DNA of 64,000 nt from Bugula neritina (lineage: Eukaryota; Animalia; Bryozoa): the NCBI GenBank assembly GCA_964035545.1, contig OZ037765.1:30565504-30629503 (forward strand). Direction: 5' to 3'. The notes below the pieces were generated by a model. That model was not told the DNA's origin and did no database searches. It saw nothing but the letters and a program-made list of their open reading frames with translations. Shown here one piece after another: positions 60,273 to 64,000 of the stretch. The position numbers were made by a program, and so were the translations under genes. How positions within the stretch are numbered: position 1 is the stretch's first letter; each line of letters opens with the position of its first letter.

Positions 60273-63200
60273 ATGACTCAAGCAGCCAAAGACTTGCCAA
60301 ACTTGTTTCAGAAACTCAGTGAATCGATTTTATTGTCTGATGATGTTATCTGTCCATTATTGGCAGATACTCTCAAGCTATGTCTGCAAGACGTAACTAC
60401 AGAAAGTGCTGGTGAGCTGTAATTAATATTGTAATACTTTTTTATCTAAAATTTTGCTTAGAACTTAAGGCTAATAATTATAATTAGTAATACTATGATT
60501 ATCAACATGATAATGGCTTTACTCCTAATCCTATCACTGTCATCGTATTGTTTGTGTTTTATTATTATGACTATCTCTGCAGCTATCACTATCAGCATAG
60601 GTACTAGTATCACTATGAGTATCAGTATGAATATAGAAACAGAGTATAGACATAGTTGTAGAATTGTGATCACTTCTTCTCATATTTTAATTTAGATTAG
60701 TTATCTTTTTAGGATAATCATTTAAACTTACATTTGCATGTTAAACTATTAGTATCAATATGAATTGTTTTTGTAATAACTATTTTTGCCCCAAATAAAT
60801 TATTGTATTTAATTTCATGGTATTATTAGTATGACTGCATTATTCAACTCAAACTTGCTAGTCACAAGTAGGACGTTTGTTATTTATGGTGTTATGTTTT
60901 AGACATTGTTATTTCCAATGCCTTTGATCAGAAGTTTGGTATTTTATCATTCCTACGTTCTATCTCCGCTAAGCAAGTTGTGAGTACGAGATATTACAAG
61001 TGCTTAAAATATTTATTCCAAATAAATTGATTGTTGTTTTCAGCAACTTCAATCTGTAAAAGACCCCGTGTTTTATTTATAGCTATAGTTGTAAGATGCT
61101 GTTTCCTTTTTTAGCTCACAATTTTAATAATTAATATTGTGTTTTAGTTGAGAAGATCTATTTCAGATTCTTTAGATTTTATACAAAGTCTGATAAAAAA
61201 GTATGGAACACAACTTAAAAGTTTTGTGAAAAACATTCAGGTAACTCATATTCTGCTTGCATACCCGATAAAGTATTTTTTTAGGTTTCAATTTAGTCCT
61301 GCTTTATTTTGTATATTTTCAGAATTCCTACAAGATGACAATGTATTATGACTTTATCTTCTAGAGAAACCTAAATTGAACTTGAAAAACTATATTTTTC
61401 AATTTTAATTGAATTTATTTTTTAAAAAGTGACAAACCTGTACATTAAATATTAGAATTAGCCATTTCTGTATCTATTTTTGTAGGAGGTTTGTCTTCAA
61501 GTGTATACAGTAGCAACAGTTGCAGAGTTGAAATGTAGAGCCTTATCAACTATTAGTGAGGTTAGCTGCTATTATATAGCAAACAATTTACATATTATAT
61601 CTTTTTAAATTAGTTTCACTATCTTTTGTAAGAAGCAAAAATAGCATCTAATTAGGCATTTCATCGGAAGAACTTTAATGTTTTGGTGTTTATTTCCACA
61701 TAGTTATTCAGCATTATCTTGATGTAATTACTGCCAAAATTGTTAAACTAAACCTTGTGGCATTAGAAAACTGTAGTTTTGCATCGAATTGCAAGTAAAA
61801 CTATGGAGTTTTATACAAAGGATAGAACTCTACTGTTTTGGTATTTGCATTTATATAGTAATTCAAAATTATATTGATTTAGTTGTTAAATTTTTTTAGC
61901 TAAATGTTGTGGTATTACAAAATTTAAATTCTACATGTTATGTCAGCGAATTGCATATGATACTACTGAGTTTTATACATATAATAGATGTTAAAGACTG
62001 AACTGGCAACATACTGCAATGACCTGCTACTGGTTGCCAAGAAACTCACTTCTGATTTTGCCAAGTCTGACACGCATGTCAAACCTACTGGTAATTCTCA
62101 CTTTGAGTTTACTTCTTGTATGTATAAGGTTTAGTTGATGACTCACGTTGTGCTGTTGCAAGCCTCTGTTGAAGTAATTTTATGTATCAACGGGTATGTT
62201 GTATTTGGATGTTAAATGTTTTTATGGAATTGCATTGTGATCTAAGGTTTAAACAACTAGCAAAGTGTAATATTTTGAAAAGAAAATTTGAAGAGGTTTA
62301 AACAGGTCCTCTCATTCTACAGTTTTAGAAAGTTTTAAAACTTTTTAAAAACAAACTTGAGATCTAAAGAATCTAAGAAATGTATGTAAATTAAAAAGAT
62401 GTTCATGTGTCATTAGTATCTACGCAATATCTTCATTAGACATATGTAATCCACTATGCCATAGATTCTAATTTTTCGTATTACTATAAAGCTTGAGATC
62501 AGAGACATATGCACTAGGCAACTAGTTTTCAAGTTATAAGATCAAAAAAGTATATTTTGTGTGAAATTAGGTGGTGTCTTTTTCTAAACGTTTTTTGTTT
62601 TCATACATTGTAGATTATGTTTTGTATAGTATAGCAAACATTATGTTGATTAAAATAAGTAATTTCGTACCTTCATTGAAAAAATTCTTTGTAGCATATT
62701 AGAGCTCTAGAAATGTGGATGATGAGGGAGTTTTAACTTTTAAAATTTGCTGTGTGAACTTGTAGAAGTTGAGCGAATGTTGTGTTAATTTCCCTATGTG
62801 TCATGCTTGCAGTGAAAAAGGAAATACTGGTGCTGCTAGGACAGTTCTGCTCATGTTCTCCCTCGTCTATGAGTGAAATCTCAGACAGCTTGGCTGAGAA
62901 GATTATCAGCACTCTTCAGTATCAGGTATGTGCTACTAGTTAGTCAGTGTACTACTAGACAGTCAGTGTACTACTAGACAGTCAGTGTACTACTAGTCAG
63001 TCAGTCAGTGTACTACTAGTCAGTCAGTCAGTATACTACTAGTCAGTCAGTGTACTACTAGTCAGTCAGTATACTACTAGTCAGTCAGTATACTACTAGA
63101 CAGTCAGTATACTACTAGACAGTCAGTATACTACTAGTCAGTCAGTATACTACTAGACAGTCAGTATACTACTAGATAGTCAACCAGTCAGTCAGATTAC

Positions 63201-63992
63201 GGCTTCAATTGGCGCTGTGATTGTAACTATGCAGACTGGGTTTGAGCATGTGCGTACTTGTAGATGAATAGAAGCAGAGCACCAGAGACTGCCATTATAT
63301 CCGGCTGTTTTCTCTCTCTTGGCTATTTACTCGGCCCTTTTGATAGATCCGGTTATCCTGAACAGGTATAGCAGACTATTTATGCAATGTTACTTATTAT
63401 TCTTATAAAAATTAGGCTTAGCTAAGTTGATTACAGTAAGATAGCTATTTATTTTCTGATATGTAATAGTTCAACTTGGAGTATCTTACTTTTTTATCTA
63501 AAGTTAATGAGTTTGATGCATTATTTTACTTAAAACGTCTTTGATTGTTTTTTTAAAGTTCATTATGGCTAATTAGTTCATGAATAGTGATTGTAAAGCG
63601 AATCAATCCAGCCCCAACTTGTTAGCACTTTCTGTTTAGTCTAAGTGTTTTTTTTAGAGTTGTCGAAAAAGTTCTTCTTTGTACATTGCAAAATATACAG
63701 TTATTAGTATTTAATCATGATATTTTGTTGATATTTGTTCAGTGCAGTTTTAAAGAATTGATCAAAAAGTTAAAGCTAAAAATGTGATTTGTTGCACTCT
63801 CAACCAATCAAATTATATTATAGATTTTCTATCTGGTAGTAAATATTTCAGGTCAACACCATTTTTACCTGCTTAGCCAAGGGAATAGACTCATCTATAA
63901 AAACCACACGGTATGATATTCCAAAGAGTGCTTTGGAGTTATTGGCTAAACATGGAGAACAGTTTAGAAAACATCTTTTACAGAATTACGAG
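60273..63992 (+). CDS. PRKDC: DNA-dependent protein kinase catalytic subunit (N-terminal HEAT region), continues beyond window
   Basis: Exons 60273-60411, 60903-60979, 61148-61240, 61486-61560, 61988-62090, 62813-62925, 63264-63365, 63852-63992(+). Peptides FDQKFGILSFLR, EVCLQVYT...KCRAL, MNRSRAPETAIISGC and IDSSIKTTRYDIPKSALELLAKHGEQFRKHLLQNY are colinear with the recalled human DNA-PKcs N-terminus (FSRDFGLLVFVR...NTCTSVYT...REPKLPVLAGC...[28 protein letters not shown]). Confidence 0.85.
62926..63195. repeat. 19/23-bp minisatellite (GTATACTACTAGTCAGTCA) starting at a PRKDC donor
   Basis: About 13 units; the array begins at the GT of the intron after exon 62813-62925. Confidence 0.94.
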
Positions 63993-64000
63993 GTGATTTA

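Overview
AT-rich eukaryotic (invertebrate metazoan-type) genomic DNA with many short GT-AG introns; there is no prokaryotic content or CRISPR array. Hand-assembled, phase-consistent gene models: CWC22 (+, 5'-truncated, ends 4365); a divergent UBE2M/Ubc12-like E2 gene (+, 6258-8483); a 26-exon minus-strand gene (9741-25998, ~1040 aa) whose C-terminal half is the TFIIIC subunit GTF3C2 WD40 region and whose N-terminal half carries ZNF512-like C2H2/C2HC zinc fingers; a second E2 paralog with the catalytic Cys replaced by Tyr (+, 28950-30616) plus a relic third exon copy (~32053-32190); a ~10 kb gene-free region dense in TGACA motifs upstream of a basonuclin/disco gene (+, 42329-53398); WDR83 (-, 56986-58873); and the start of PRKDC/DNA-PKcs (+, from 60273), head-to-head with WDR83. 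Introns and intergenic DNA hold three MITEs, tRNA-derived SINEs and many minisatellites, several of which start exactly at splice sites, including a 7-copy array of duplicated splice donors. The most notable observations are the apparent ZNF512-GTF3C2 fusion and the active/dead E2 paralog pair. All family assignments come from recalled motifs, not database searches.
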